Shown in pieces: positions 10,536-23,500 of a stretch of DNA of 64,000 bases. Numbering within the stretch: position 1 is the first letter of the stretch; each line of letters starts with the position of its first letter. The notes under the pieces are model-generated. The model saw only the letters and a program-made list of their open reading frames with translations. It did no database searches and was not told where the DNA came from. The stretch is from a virus. The stretch is taken from IMG/VR virus record IMGVR_UViG_3300020477_000001, positions 1-64,000 of that record; one strand, 5' to 3'. The translations under genes were made by a program, and so were the position numbers.

Positions 10536-11564
10536 GTGGAACAAGCCAAAGAAGACGAAAGTCTCTATACTAAATTGTATAGTGACATAATTGATGGCTA
10601 TTCTTCCTTCTCTCATAACGGCAAAGAAGTATTCATAAAACACGTATCCCAAACAGATTTTGGATACTTAGAGCAATTCGAAGACGACGAGAAGAATAAA
10701 GCTATCGAAAAAGGCTTACCTACCGAAAAAGAAAAGTTAAAAGACTTAATAGATCAATCTCTTTGGACTCAGAAACAAGAAGACCTTATAAATATTTTAA
10801 AAAAAGAAATCGAAGATAAAGAGATAATTATTAGCAAATTAATTATTGCTAGACAGATTCAACACACAAGAAAGCAAAAAGAAGCCTTAGAAAAAGACTT
10901 GCTCGAATTAACTTCAGAAAGAGAAGAACTAATAGGGTATACAGCAGAAAAGTACTCTGGTAAAAAATCTAATTTAGAAATTTTAAGGTTTACTCTTTTT
11001 AAAGATAAAGAATTCGAAGAGCTTCTTTTCGATAACGAAACTTTCGATCTCATGGACGATTCAGAACTCAATACATTGTTATTGAGTAATAATTCTATTC
11101 TGAACGATTTTACTCAAAGAAACTTAAAAAAGATAGCAGCGACGGGCTTTTTTCTTAATGCTTTTTTGATTGCTGAATCGAATGTTATGAATTTCTACGG
11201 TAAACCCGTGGTTCGACTCACTAATTACCAAATTGATATATTTAACCATGGATTAAAGTACAAAAACGTACTTGAAAAAGGTAAAACTCCTCCATCTGTT
11301 CTTACTTCCTTGGATGAAATTGTTGATTGGTACGAAGGTCAAGCCAGCGGTAAAACTGAGTACTCTGAAAACACGAAAAATAAGACGGGTCAAACCTTGG
11401 TTGGGGCATCCAAGCATGAGATGGAAACCATGATGGAATCAGCTAGGGGTAATAAGGAAGAGGAGGCCGTTACCTTGAATGACGAGGTGAAAAAGATGCA
11501 AAAAGGCAGAGAAAACAAAGTTTTAGATTTTAATGATATGTTGAAGATTCATGGAGAAATCTAG
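10536..11564 (+). CDS. Putative tail assembly chaperone (second)
   Basis: Directly upstream of the TMP; helical/coiled-coil; GTG start. Confidence 0.55.
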   Translation: MEQAKEDESLYTKLYSDIIDGYSSFSHNGKEVFIKHVSQTDFGYLEQFEDDEKNKAIEKGLPTEKEKLKDLIDQSLWTQKQEDLINILKKEIEDKEIIISKLIIARQIQHTRKQKEALEKDLLELTSEREELIGYTAEKYSGKKSNLEILRFTLFKDKEFEELLFDNETFDLMDDSELNTLLLSNNSILNDFTQRNLKKIAATGFFLNAFLIAESNVMNFYGKPVVRLTNYQIDIFNHGLKYKNVLEKGKTPPSVLTSLDEIVDWYEGQASGKTEYSENTKNKTGQTLVGASKHEMETMMESARGNKEEEAVTLNDEVKKMQKGRENKVLDFNDMLKIHGEI

Positions 11565-11573
11565 CCTTAAAAA

Positions 11574-11581
11574 GTGTAATA
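11574..11581 (+). promoter_or_regulatory. Putative phage late promoter GTGTAATA
   Basis: 13 nt upstream of the TMP ATG, the same spacing as the 5187 copy. Confidence 0.6.
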
Positions 11582-11594
11582 AAGAGCAAGGGAT

Positions 11595-14500
11595 ATGGCT
11601 AGGGATATTGTATTATCGATTGACGGCGATACTAGACCGTTAGTAAGGCGACTAAATAAGGATATTAGTCGTGCCTCTAGGTCTGCTTCGTTCGAGATGA
11701 ACGATAAGAACTTTTCTCAACCGCTCGGAAGAATCACTGGTCAACTAGGAGAATTCGACCGAGCCCTTGACGCTTCTAATGCTCGTGTTTTAGCATTTGC
11801 CGCTTCTGCTGGTGTATTGCTTGTTGTTCAGAAAGGGTTCCAAGCCGTTTTCAGTTCGATGGTTAACGTCGAGAAGAAGCTGGCTGACATCAATGTTCTC
11901 TTTGGCGCAAGCGAAAAGTCTTTGGCTAAGTTTGGCAATTCTTTGTTTGGCGTAGCTAGCGAAACTGCTCAAGGCTTTGATGAAGTAGCGGTTGCTGCTA
12001 CCGAGCTAGCTCGTCAAGGTTTAAGTGCTGAAGAGACTTTAAAAAGAACCAGAGACGCTTTGATTCTGGTTAGGTTGACGGGCATGGACGCGGCTGAAGC
12101 GGTACAAGCTGTTACCGCAGCTTTGAACTCTTTCTCAAGGGCAGCGATTGATTCTACTGAGTACGTGAGTAAGCTAGCTGCTGTTGACGCAGCGTTTGCC
12201 GTAGGTTCTGACGACTTAGCTGCTGCTGTATCGCGTGTTGGCAGTAGCGCTCAAGAAGCTGGAGTTAGCCTTGATCAGTTGATAGCGATTGTAACCGCTG
12301 CTCAACAGATAACTGCTCGTGGCGGTGCTGTTATTGGTAACTCGTTTAAAACTATCTTTACTAGAATCCAAAGACCGCGAGTTCTAAAACAGTTAGAAGA
12401 ATTGGGAATCAGAACTCAAGACTTAGGCGGTAAGATTAGGCCCGCCTTGACAATCTTAAAAGAACTAGCTCAAACCTACGATTTACTTGCTCAATCTCAA
12501 CAAGCTCAGATCGCTGAGTTAATTGGTGGCGTATTCCAAGTAAACGTACTCAAAGCCTCTTTGCGAGACTTGGGTAAAGAGTTTTCACTTTACAACAATG
12601 CTCTAAATATTTCTAACAACGCTACAGATGAAGCTATTAGAAGAAACGAAGAGCTAAACAAAACTGTTTCTGCAAGCTTAAACCAAGTAGTTCAAAACTT
12701 CACTAAGTTTGGCGCTCAAGCTGGTAAAGCCATACTTGGGCCACTAACCAAAAACGTCAGTACTGGAATCAATGCCGTTATTGGAGAATTTTCTTTAGAT
12801 AGAGCAGAGAAGAACATAGAAGACGACTCAAGAAGCTTAGGTAACAAGATTGTTTCTGGAATATTTAAGGGAGTAGGAAAGTTCCTTGGAACTGGTGGTA
12901 TTATTATTGGAATTAAGATTCTATTTAATACCTTTAGAGAATTTACAAGATACGCAATTGATGGAGTAAAAAAATTAGGAGCCATTGGTGGTCAAACAAG
13001 AGACCAAATAGAATTACAAGGTCAAGTCACAAGAGAGCTAGAAAAACAACCCGAACTCTTAAGGCAATTAGTAAATGGAGAAATAGACGCCAAGGAAGCA
13101 GCCGATAAACTTTACAGTAGCTTAAAGCAGAATACTCAAGAGCTAAAAATACAAAAAGACTTGGTCGAATCATTTGCCTACGCCATGTCGGCTAAAGGAG
13201 TGAGAATAGCTCCCACAACAGCGGGTGCTACTACAATTGATCCAGCAAGTGTTGCTAACGTTGGTTTTGTTCCTAATTTCACAAGCACAAAAGATTCCAT
13301 TGCTGCTGCTGTAGAGCTTTCTTCCGCAAGTTACGCAAACTCAAGTACAAAAGCGATCAAAACGAACATCGACGGTATTGGCTCGGTGATGACTAACTCG
13401 AAAGAGAAGATAGTCAAACACCCGTCATTCAAACAACCATTTGTTAATCCGCCCATCACAAGTCCAGAGGGTAGAGCTCACAAGAGAAGATCAATAGATA
13501 AAACTGGCGTTGATCCGTACAAACATGCCTTCGGCGGATTCATTCCGAACTTTGCCCTTGATCCAGAAAAGATAGTAGGAAAACTAGACAAAAAGAGCGG
13601 AAAGCGGGGTAAAACTTTAAGGGATCAAGTCGCAAGCGTTAAGAGAGACGCAGGTCAGTATCTTGATGCCAAGCAAAAAATGGATTTATTTTATGAGAAA
13701 AAAGAAACAACTGGATTTAAAAGTTTAAATGACGCTGCGGGTGCTTTGGGTGTAGGTGATAGATTCTTCGAGACAAGCAAATACGGTAGATACAGACTTG
13801 CGGCTTTGGTTGACAAATTTGGTGGCGGAGATGTAAATAATTTACCGCAAGTTATTAGAAATCACGCTGACGATTTAAAAAATATAAAAGCTAAAGATCA
13901 AGAAGCTCAGAGCTCTGGTAAGGAATTTGAACAAAGATTAGCTAGCAAATTAAACTATGAATTAGTAGCGAACGAACCAATTGACTTCGGAAAAGGAATT
14001 GGTAATCCCAATGGAATAAGATCAACCATTGGAATGGAAGATACCTACGCTTACGCTGACGCAATCGATTCGAGAAGAGGCCATGAAGAAGGTCTTTATC
14101 TGGATAAAGTATTAAGATGGCAGCGCCAACAAGAGGGCACTCCAGTAAATGCGACTTCAATTCTAGGAAACTTCTTAAAAGGAGAACAACTCCATAAATT
14201 CGGAAATCTTTCTCCAGTCGAAGTAATTGGGGTAAACAGCGAGGCTGAAAACGTTGGTGGTCGGTATGGAGTAGAGAACGAAAGAGAATTTTTTCCTTGG
14301 ATTGACTCGACATCCAGAAGTAAAGGCGCTTCACAAGAAACCAGAGAAGAATTTAAAAAAGCTAATGAAGGCGGCGTTCCTTTACTGGAGAGTGTACGAG
14401 AAGCAGCGACAGAAGGACAAATCAGATCACCAAGAATATCTTGGTCTTATGACAGGGACAATGTTTCTACCAAAGCTTTGGGTATGAGCGGCGGACATAT

Positions 14501-17500
14501 TCCTAACTTTGAAGCTATTGCTGCTGCTCAACCGTTACCGTCTGTGCCAATTGAATCAAATCCAAATTGGATAAAATTAAAAGAAAAAATAGATGACGGC
14601 ATAGCTAAATATGGTTTTGGAGATATGCGGGCTAATTTAATAGAGGATTCAAGAGTATCTATTGATGGTATTAATAGTTTCCTTAATAATGGAACCCTAG
14701 CCCCAACCAAAGAAGACTCTCAAAAGAAAATGCAGGATGCTTCTTACAAGGGTCTTTATAATTTCGTCAATAGTGATGTCCCCAGCCAAAAAAGAATAGA
14801 TAGTTTAATAAAAGATGCCAGAGAAAATAAAGAAACAGTAGATAGAAGGCTTTTAGATATTTCCACTGAAGATGTAAATAAAGAAACTTTCTTTGAGACT
14901 TTGAAAACCTTGGCTGGTTCTTTAATGATGACATATGGTCTTCCAGTATTAATCGCAAAAGCAGCGAAAACATATCCCGCTGCTGCTGTGGCACTCGCTG
15001 CCGCGAAGACTCCTGTTGGCATCGCCACTGGCGTTCTTAGTGGCGTGGGCTTGGCATCGTTAGCTTTCTGGAAAGAAGGGAAAGCTAAAAACGAAGCTGT
15101 TGAGTTGAGTAATGGTTTAGAAGGTAGCCTTGGAGGAATTGAAGATTACAACACCGAACATAACAATCTAAGAAAAGAAGCTATAGTTAAAGCTTCCTTA
15201 GTTTCTAAACCAACAGAATTACATCGAGGTACTTTATACAGCTACGGAGATGTAAGTTCCAGATTATCTGAAAATACTAAAGCATGGCCAGAAGGCGTGT
15301 CTATAGGAGAACAGGATGGTTTCCCAATATGGAGTGCTGCCAACACTATGTTTTATAAAGGGAAAGATAACACAGTACGTCATGAAACATTAGATAATTT
15401 GGGTGGTAGCTCAAAAGACAGTGAGGAAAACTTAGCGGGATGGCCTAGATTAAACATTAACGAAATCAACAAGGCAGCGGGTTTAGCTAAAATGAGGGGA
15501 ATTACAGCAGCAAAGAATTCTTTCTTTGCTGACCACAAACGAGAAAATATAAATAAAATAAATGGCCCTGCTGATTCTGCGTATGTTAAAGGATTTATTG
15601 ATAATATTAAAGGAATCAGAAATGAAATTAATAAACGCTTAGAAGATAATTTGGATGTCAATTCATGGACTCGCCCAGACCATATTGTTTCTAGCAAAGG
15701 CTACATACCTAATTTTGAAACGCTTGATGAGCGAGGGCTTCCACCTCTACCGACAAATAAAGAGATGGAAGTGGCGCGTTCGTTAAAAAAAGCATTTAAG
15801 AATAAACAAATAGTTAAACATCCAACAATAGGACCAAGAGGTAAACATTACGTAGCTATGGGGCTTGGTTCGAGAGCTCCTAGATATGGGGGCGGGGTCG
15901 ATAACCGAACTATACCATATACTATCATATCCGCATCTGCGGAAACAGCAGAGGAGACTGGGTATCTTTCAGCCGATTACAATAAAGGAGGTGGTTTTCT
16001 GACGCCTTTCTTTGATGGTATAATGAATTATAATAATAGAAATATTGACCAATCAGTAACAAGAGGGTCTGGTTTAGCTAGATTCTCTATGTTACAAAAA
16101 TTCGCGAGGGAAAAAGGCGCTTCAATAGATTCAGAATCTATAGTAACAAACCCCAACCTATTAAAGAATGTAGAATATAAACACAAATATGGAACGCGAG
16201 ATGAACTGATAAACCCCGACGATAAATATGCGAGTCTTCGAGAAGAGAAAGAAGAACTTTCGGAAAAAATAAGAGAATTAAGAGGTCAATATCTAAAAAA
16301 TCGTGACGGCGACGAAGAGTTGAACGAACCATCGGGCATTGGATATGCATCACTTCCCGACAACAACCCGTTCCGAGGGCTCGAAAGAGATTTTCCTGCA
16401 AGCCAACCTAGCGAGAAACAAAAAAAACTTCTTAAACAAATTCAAAAATTAGAAGGCTCTAGAAGCGAAATAAAGGATGAAAAGCGACAAAGGATAGCAG
16501 AGCTTATAGAAGAGAATTTTAAAAATACTCAAGCTGATAAAAGAAGTGCTTGGGCTAAGCTTATAGAAATTATTCCCCAATTAAAATATAGAATGGGTAA
16601 GGCTGGCGGTGAAGGCGTTATTACGCAGGGAGAGTTTTATAGCTCACTTCCAAAAAACGAAACATTACCATCAATCTTAGACCCTTATGAATTTAAATCC
16701 CTTAATGATCTTCGCAATTTCGTTTATAATATTGTACAAAAACACGGCGCTTCAGAATTTAATAAACATATAGTTGGTTTGGTTGATGATAATAATGACG
16801 GTAAATTTGATGCAGGAACTATCCCACCGAATTTGGCGGCGTTGGGAAAAAGTCTGGGCGTAAGCGAATTAAAAACTATTCCTATTGAAAATCTTCCTGC
16901 TGGATATTTCGGAGGGAAACCTCACCAAGATGATTCTAATGTACCTTTCAACAGCAAAGGATTCGTTCCCAACTTCGTTAAATTTAATCCTTCTAATCCG
17001 CCAGCGTTAAGAAAACCAGCTATTGCATTAAAGCTCAAGAACAAAGAAATACATTACGATCCAGATTCTTTGATGCATTATCAAGCTGCCGAGAATTTAA
17101 ATATTTTACCAGAAGAGATACTAGAACATGGATTTATAAATAAAGGAAAATATGAATCTTCTTTCTTCTCTGATTTTGAAAAAATTGCAGACAGACAAAA
17201 GGCTGGTATAGGAGAGTTCGCTGACGCTTCTGAAGCTCTTGGAATTCCACGCGGAGAGCCATTGCCGAGAGGCGGCATTGTTACAGCCGATCAAATGAGG
17301 GCTCCTGCAATAGATAGATCGAGCCTTCCTCGTGGTCATGCTCCTATGAGAGGACCATCAAGACCAATGAGGTATGGTGGTTTTGTTCCTAATTTCTTAA
17401 AAATACCAAAAGCTACGAGTGAAAAGGGCGGCGGATCACTTCACGTTATGCTTGCTGAGATGCTTCAAAGCAACGCAGGTAAAGTTGTAGAAGCGGTTTC

Positions 17501-20500
17501 CAAGACTCCCAAGCTTTTTAATAAATTTAAAAACTCAATCAAGCTAAGAGAATTCGGAGAGCAAGATACTTACGGCGGCATAACTGCTAGCGAAGGTTTA
17601 GTACCTAACTTCCTTAACATTCCTAAGCCCACCTCAGAAAAGGGCGGCGGCAAGTTAGTGGACATGATTCTGGATACCCCAGAACTACTCATGAAGTTCA
17701 AGGACTTTGTTCGCAACAACATGAGAGAAACGCTGGAAGCTTTCGACAAGTGGACAGACACTCCTTCTGAGTTGGCTCAAAAATATATAGATGGAAACCT
17801 ATATCGCGGATACATTCCTAATTTCAGTAGCGCTTTGGGAGATGCGATTAACAGAGAAAAATCTGCGGGCATTTCGAGTAGCAGTATCAGAGTAGATTCT
17901 GATCCCTCGCTTAAGACGAAACAAAATCCGATGGGCTTAGGTGTTTACAACACCAAACAAGAAACGAGCCTTAAGCAAGGAATAAAATTTTCCAAACAAG
18001 CTGGAATCGATCCTAAAACTAAAGGAGCGTTTAGAGGACATATTCCTAACTTCGCGGCAGATAGAGCACCAGCGGGCGGCTTAGAATTCCAAGGAAAAGA
18101 ATACAAGGGCGGGCAGTTCATGCCAGAAGGCTCTGTAGACACAGCGTTACTAACTTCGATAAACAATGCGCTCAAGGGAACTTTGGATAAAGCTAAAGAA
18201 ATGACTAGCTCTATGAGCCAAGCTGTTTCTGGAATCGAGGGTTTACAGAAAGCCTCTAGCCAAATGGCTGACTCTATGAGCGAGGCTGTTTCTGGAATCG
18301 AAAGCTTACACCAAACCTCTACTCAAATGGCTGACTCTATGGGTGATGCTGTTGCTCATTTAGATGATTTAGGTAACGGGATAATGGGCCTTCAAAACAT
18401 TCAAAGTCAGCAACTAACCGCCGCTCAAGAAGGGTTAAAGCAAGCTAAAAATCAAAGCATAAACCAATACGTTACGGCTGTGAAGACAAGTGAGATAGCT
18501 GCTTCAATGCAAGCCCAAGCTGACCTTGCACAACAGCAAGAAGACGAAAGACAAAGAGGATTGCAGTTAGAAAAAGATAGAAACAAAAGAATTGCTGCTA
18601 ATGTAAAAGATGCGGGCACTACAGCGCTCAATATCCTAAGCACAGGTTTCGAGGGCGCAGCGCCAGCGGGAGCACCAGAGATCGGCATAAAGAAATTAGG
18701 AGAAGACTCAGATGTTAAAACCAGCCTAGGAGACAGGCTAAAGACAGACCTAGGAGCTTTTAAAATAGAAGAAAAACACGATGTCGATCAATCTGCCGCA
18801 GCGCAGGAAGCATATGACCGACTAAGCGCAGCAGTACGCGCAGCAAGTCAAGCCGCAGAGCAGGAAACAAAGAAAATAGAAGGCTTAGTACCTAAAGACT
18901 TACAAGGTAAATTTCAAGAATTTGGTTCGTTAACGGATGATGCACAAAAGGCTATAGCTGCTAGCGCTAATAACATGACGGTAGCTGAGTTTGAGAACGA
19001 GACGGAAGACGAGCAACAAAAACTTAAGGACGCTCTTGCAGCTTCAGTCAACCACGTAAATAAATTTAACGCAAACCAAGAAACCTACAACGACGCAATC
19101 TCAGACGCAGAAAAACAATTAAAAGCAGCAAACTTAACGAAAGTAGATAGAGTTGAAATTGACCCAGCGAAGCTAGCGCAAAAACAAGAAGCTGGCACAA
19201 TCTCTGTAGACGAGCTAAAAGACGCTCAAGCAGCAGTCTCCAGACAACTCAGACAAATGGATTCAGATATAGCTGATTACAGACGAACACTAGACGAAGG
19301 CACTACATTCACTCCAGAGGGAGACAAGCTTCAAAGTCAAGCCGCAATGGATGCCGAAGCAAAAATAAAAGAGTTAAACGACAGCAGAGAAGAGCTCGCA
19401 GATAAACTCAAGCAAATCAGTAAAACAACAAGCGAAGCTACCTTAAAAGATTTAGAAGCCAGCAGCGCACAAGTCAAAGAAGCTTTGGATAAATTAGGTA
19501 AAAACGCTTCATCAATGGACTTTACTGACTTAATACAAAGAGAAACCAAAGATAAAAATAGAGAAAGAGCGATAGCTGGAAAAGGCAAGGGCATAGGAAC
19601 AGAAAACGTTTCCCTTGGTGGTATATTTGGTGCTTTAGGTAAGAAGTTCACTCAGCAAGCAGACGCCAGTGATGATGTTCAACAAAAAATGTTCTTCATG
19701 AGTTCAGCCATTAGCACTGTTAGTGGAATGTTCGATTCTTTTGGTGAAGAAGGCGCAGCACTAAACAAAGGAATAAGTGGTATGACCGATGGCGTGAACA
19801 CCGCCACGGGAATTATTTCCACGTTACCCGGTCCTTGGGGCAAGGCTGTCGGCATTGTAGCTGGCGTAGGTGTTGCTCTTAACGGCGTAGCAAAAGCTAT
19901 ATCTTCTAACAAATTAGATGTTGCTGGCCTTAAGAAAAAAGCAGACCAAGCTGGAGAAAAGTTTACTGAACTCTCAAACAATATCACTGCATACGCTAGC
20001 GCATTTTCGGAGCTTCAATCTGCTGCGGCAGACATGAACACTCCAGCCGATCAAATCATAAGACTCAATAAAAAGCTAGAAGATTTAATAGCGAGCGTTC
20101 CGCCTAAATTCGCCGCTGACTTAGCAGCGATAACAGACCCAGCAGACCTTCAAGCCAAAGTAGCTGAAATCATTGCGGGCGAGCAAAAGAAAACCAAGTC
20201 CATAGAGTTTGCTGCTTCATCAGCCGAAAGAATGGATGCTAATGCTGGTATAAGTAATCTCTACGGATTCGCTTCTCCAGTTGCTCAGTTCGATGGTAAA
20301 GAGGGTGCAGTGAATCTAGAAAGAGCGGCGGGAGACTTGAGTCAACTCATTGACTTCGAAAAACTACAAAATGGTTTGGGCAAAGCTTCTACAGCGATGG
20401 AGAAAGATGCTACAGAAAGATTGCTATCTGCAAATAGCGCTAGCGAAATGGCTAACGCCATGAAACAAGGCTTCGGCGCTACCGAAGAATTAGCTAACTC

Positions 20501-23500
20501 GATTCGCCAAATGAACCAAGGCGACTTGCAAATTCTTAGAAAGAGATTAGTGGACATGGCCAATGCTGCAAGAAGAGCAAGAGAGGCAATGGAGAAGGTA
20601 GCGGCAGAAAGAGCAAAAGTATCCACAGATTTAGAAATACCGAAGCTACAGTTAGCAATTCAAGCCGCAACTATTAATGTTGAGCAAGAAGAACAGATGC
20701 TGGGTACGGCTGGCGGAGGTATTGAAGGATTCAAAGACCCGCAATCTCTTAATGCTGCGTTTGATTCATTTACAGCAGCGCTAGGTCAGTTAACGGCGCA
20801 AACAACGTCACCGGGAGCACAAGGAGCAGCCACTGGACAGGGCAGAGCAGTACTTGGTCTTGTCGAAGGTCTCAGAGACATAGCTGGCATCATACCAACA
20901 GTTGACGATTCCGGTCAAATGACTTCTGAGTTCAAAGACTTCAGAGACACTGTAGCGGCTGGAATAGAAGAGTCTATCAGAGAACAAACCAAAGCTCAGT
21001 TAAAACAGGCTCAAGCTCAGATGGCAGTAGCCACTGATTCCGATGACATTAGACAACTTGAATCCGTAATAGGACTACTGCAAAATAGATTAAGTGATGC
21101 AGATTTCATTTCTCAAGCAGCGATGAAACAAGCTGACGAGGCTATTGGCACTGTAGGTGTTGAAGTTAAGACTATTCAAATTCCAGCAGAAGGTTCTACG
21201 CGCATAGGAGAAACCATAGGTACAACTATGGAAGGGTTTGGCGTTACAGGAGCAAAAGCAGACCAAACACTCATCGATGCTAATGATGAGATTGCTTACC
21301 AACTCCAGAGAATGCAAAAGCGAGAAGCCGAATTAGAGAAAAAGAAGAAAGCGGGAACCCTTACTGACGACGAAAAACAAGAGCAAGCAGACTTAGCGAC
21401 AGCAATAAAATCACTAACAGACATAGGAACAGTCACTAAAGATACCACGGCTGGTCAACTGCAAAGTTTACAAGTAGTTGACGCGGCTACTGGAGAAATA
21501 GGAGACCTATTTAAGGGAGACCGGATGCAGGTAGGCGGAGATTTGACTCCAGCCCAAAAAGCCTTGATGCGTAAGCAGGACGAACTAAGAATTGCTACTG
21601 ATAAATTAGCTGAAGCCACAAGAGACGCCGCCGCAAAGGTTAAAGAAGAGCAAGAAAAAGAAGTAGCACGAGAAGGTGGCAGAAACCTTCTCCAAGGAAT
21701 GACCCAGACTCAGCAATTTGTAACTGGCGCTGGGACAGACTCATTGTTTGGCGGAGCAGAAACTCAAGCTGAACTAGATCAAGGTGGATTTGTTGCTAGA
21801 GCAATACAAGAGCAAGCAGGAAATCTTGGGATTTTGAATTGGACTGAGATGGGAGGATTGACTAAGGCTGATCGTGGAGAAGCCGCCTCTGAGTTCATAA
21901 TGGGAGAAAGAGAAGTTGGCGACACCGGAGTCAAGAGCATGGAGGGTCTGGTGGAAGCTATGAGAGTTGTTTCTCAAAAGGCTGAGGAAAGCGCTGGTAG
22001 AGAATTGGGCGTAGGTGATTTGCAAAGTTTAGCTTTTGGCAACCTAGATTTTGAGGGAGACTTGACTCAAGAGGGTGTGCGAGACGCTATGATGGAAGCT
22101 CTTAAAACTGAGATGAATATCAAAGACGAGCAAGCCGCAGAATTACTAGATCATATTTTCAAAGTATTTAAGAACGATAAAAACGGTGCAAATACAAACC
22201 AATTACTCAAATCAATTCTAGCTTCTACGAACAAAGACGAATTCCAGAAGATGGATAAAATGGCCGAAAAGGCAGTGCAACCGGGTAGTATTTATACTAA
22301 CGACCAAAAGGGACGCGAAGAATTACAGAAGCTAAGAGAAATGATGGCCAAGAACTTTGGTCAATCTCAAGAAGACGTTGAAAAAGCCAAAGCAACAGTA
22401 GAAAAAGAAAGACAAGAAAACGCCGTCAAGATTCCCTTCACCAACATGGCTCTTCCGAATATATCTGACTTATCCGCAGGAAACATGGCTGCTGGAGCAG
22501 TAACTGCAACTGGGGCTGGTATCGCTGGTTACAAGGGAACTAAATTTGTAGCTCAAGCTGGTAAAGACGCGCTAGGCGCTGGACGGCAAGCGGCGATGCG
22601 TGGGATGGGCTCTGAAAAGGTGTGGTTTGGCGACGAAAGAGGACAAAAGAGAGGCACTTTCAGAGAAGAGTATAAAAAAAGAAGAGAAGCAAGAAAGAAA
22701 AAGCCCGCCGCAGACGCTCCAGACCCTAAAGCAACAGATACTCCAGAGCCTAAAAGCACTAAACCCAAGGCTGGCGCTGACAAGATAGACGATCTTAGAG
22801 GAAAAGGCCCAAGACCAACTCCTAGCACAACAGGAACAGCGGCAATTGATGATGCAACGCGGACAGCAACGACTACTGCTGAAACGCCCAAGTCTAAGCC
22901 CAAGATTGAAAGAAGATTAGCTGGCAGCAAACCCGCGCCTACCACAGCGCCTAAAAAACCAGCAATTAGAATAAATCGACCATTTATAGAAGGCTACGGG
23001 GGTCAGCAAATTGACCCAGTTACTAAAAAGCCAAATGTGGCAGGAGCAGTAGACGACGTTGCCGAAGCTGGAACTAAAGCTGCCACAAAAACTACAACAG
23101 CCACCAAGGGCGTTGCTAAAGGTACTGAAGCGGCTGCTAAGTCAGCAAGTAAACTTACCACCGCTTTAAAAGTAGCTGGCAAAGCAGCCGTTGTTGTTGA
23201 CGCAGCATTAGTTGGTTGGGACGCATACAAGGTCACAGAAGCTCTTGCTACTGGTAACTTCGATGAATACGCTCAAGCTTATGAGGATGCGAATAAAAAC
23301 GCTGGTATTCTCACTAGAAGTCTGAACGGAATGTCTAGTCCGATCACCGCTGTTGCTACTGACATAAAAATAGTAAGTGATACATTTAGCGCTTACTCTG
23401 ACGCAGCGCAACTCGCGGCTGACGCAAACAAAAAGATGGGCGAGCAAATAGGCAAGAGTTCCGAAAATATAATGAACTTCGGAAAACAAGCCTTGAATGT

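Noticed and set aside
10245-10536. Programmed frameshift joining the two tail chaperones (lambda G/GT type)
   Set aside because: The alternate-frame ORF 10245-10532 ends in TAA just before the 10536 start, and I saw no in-frame canonical slippery heptamer.
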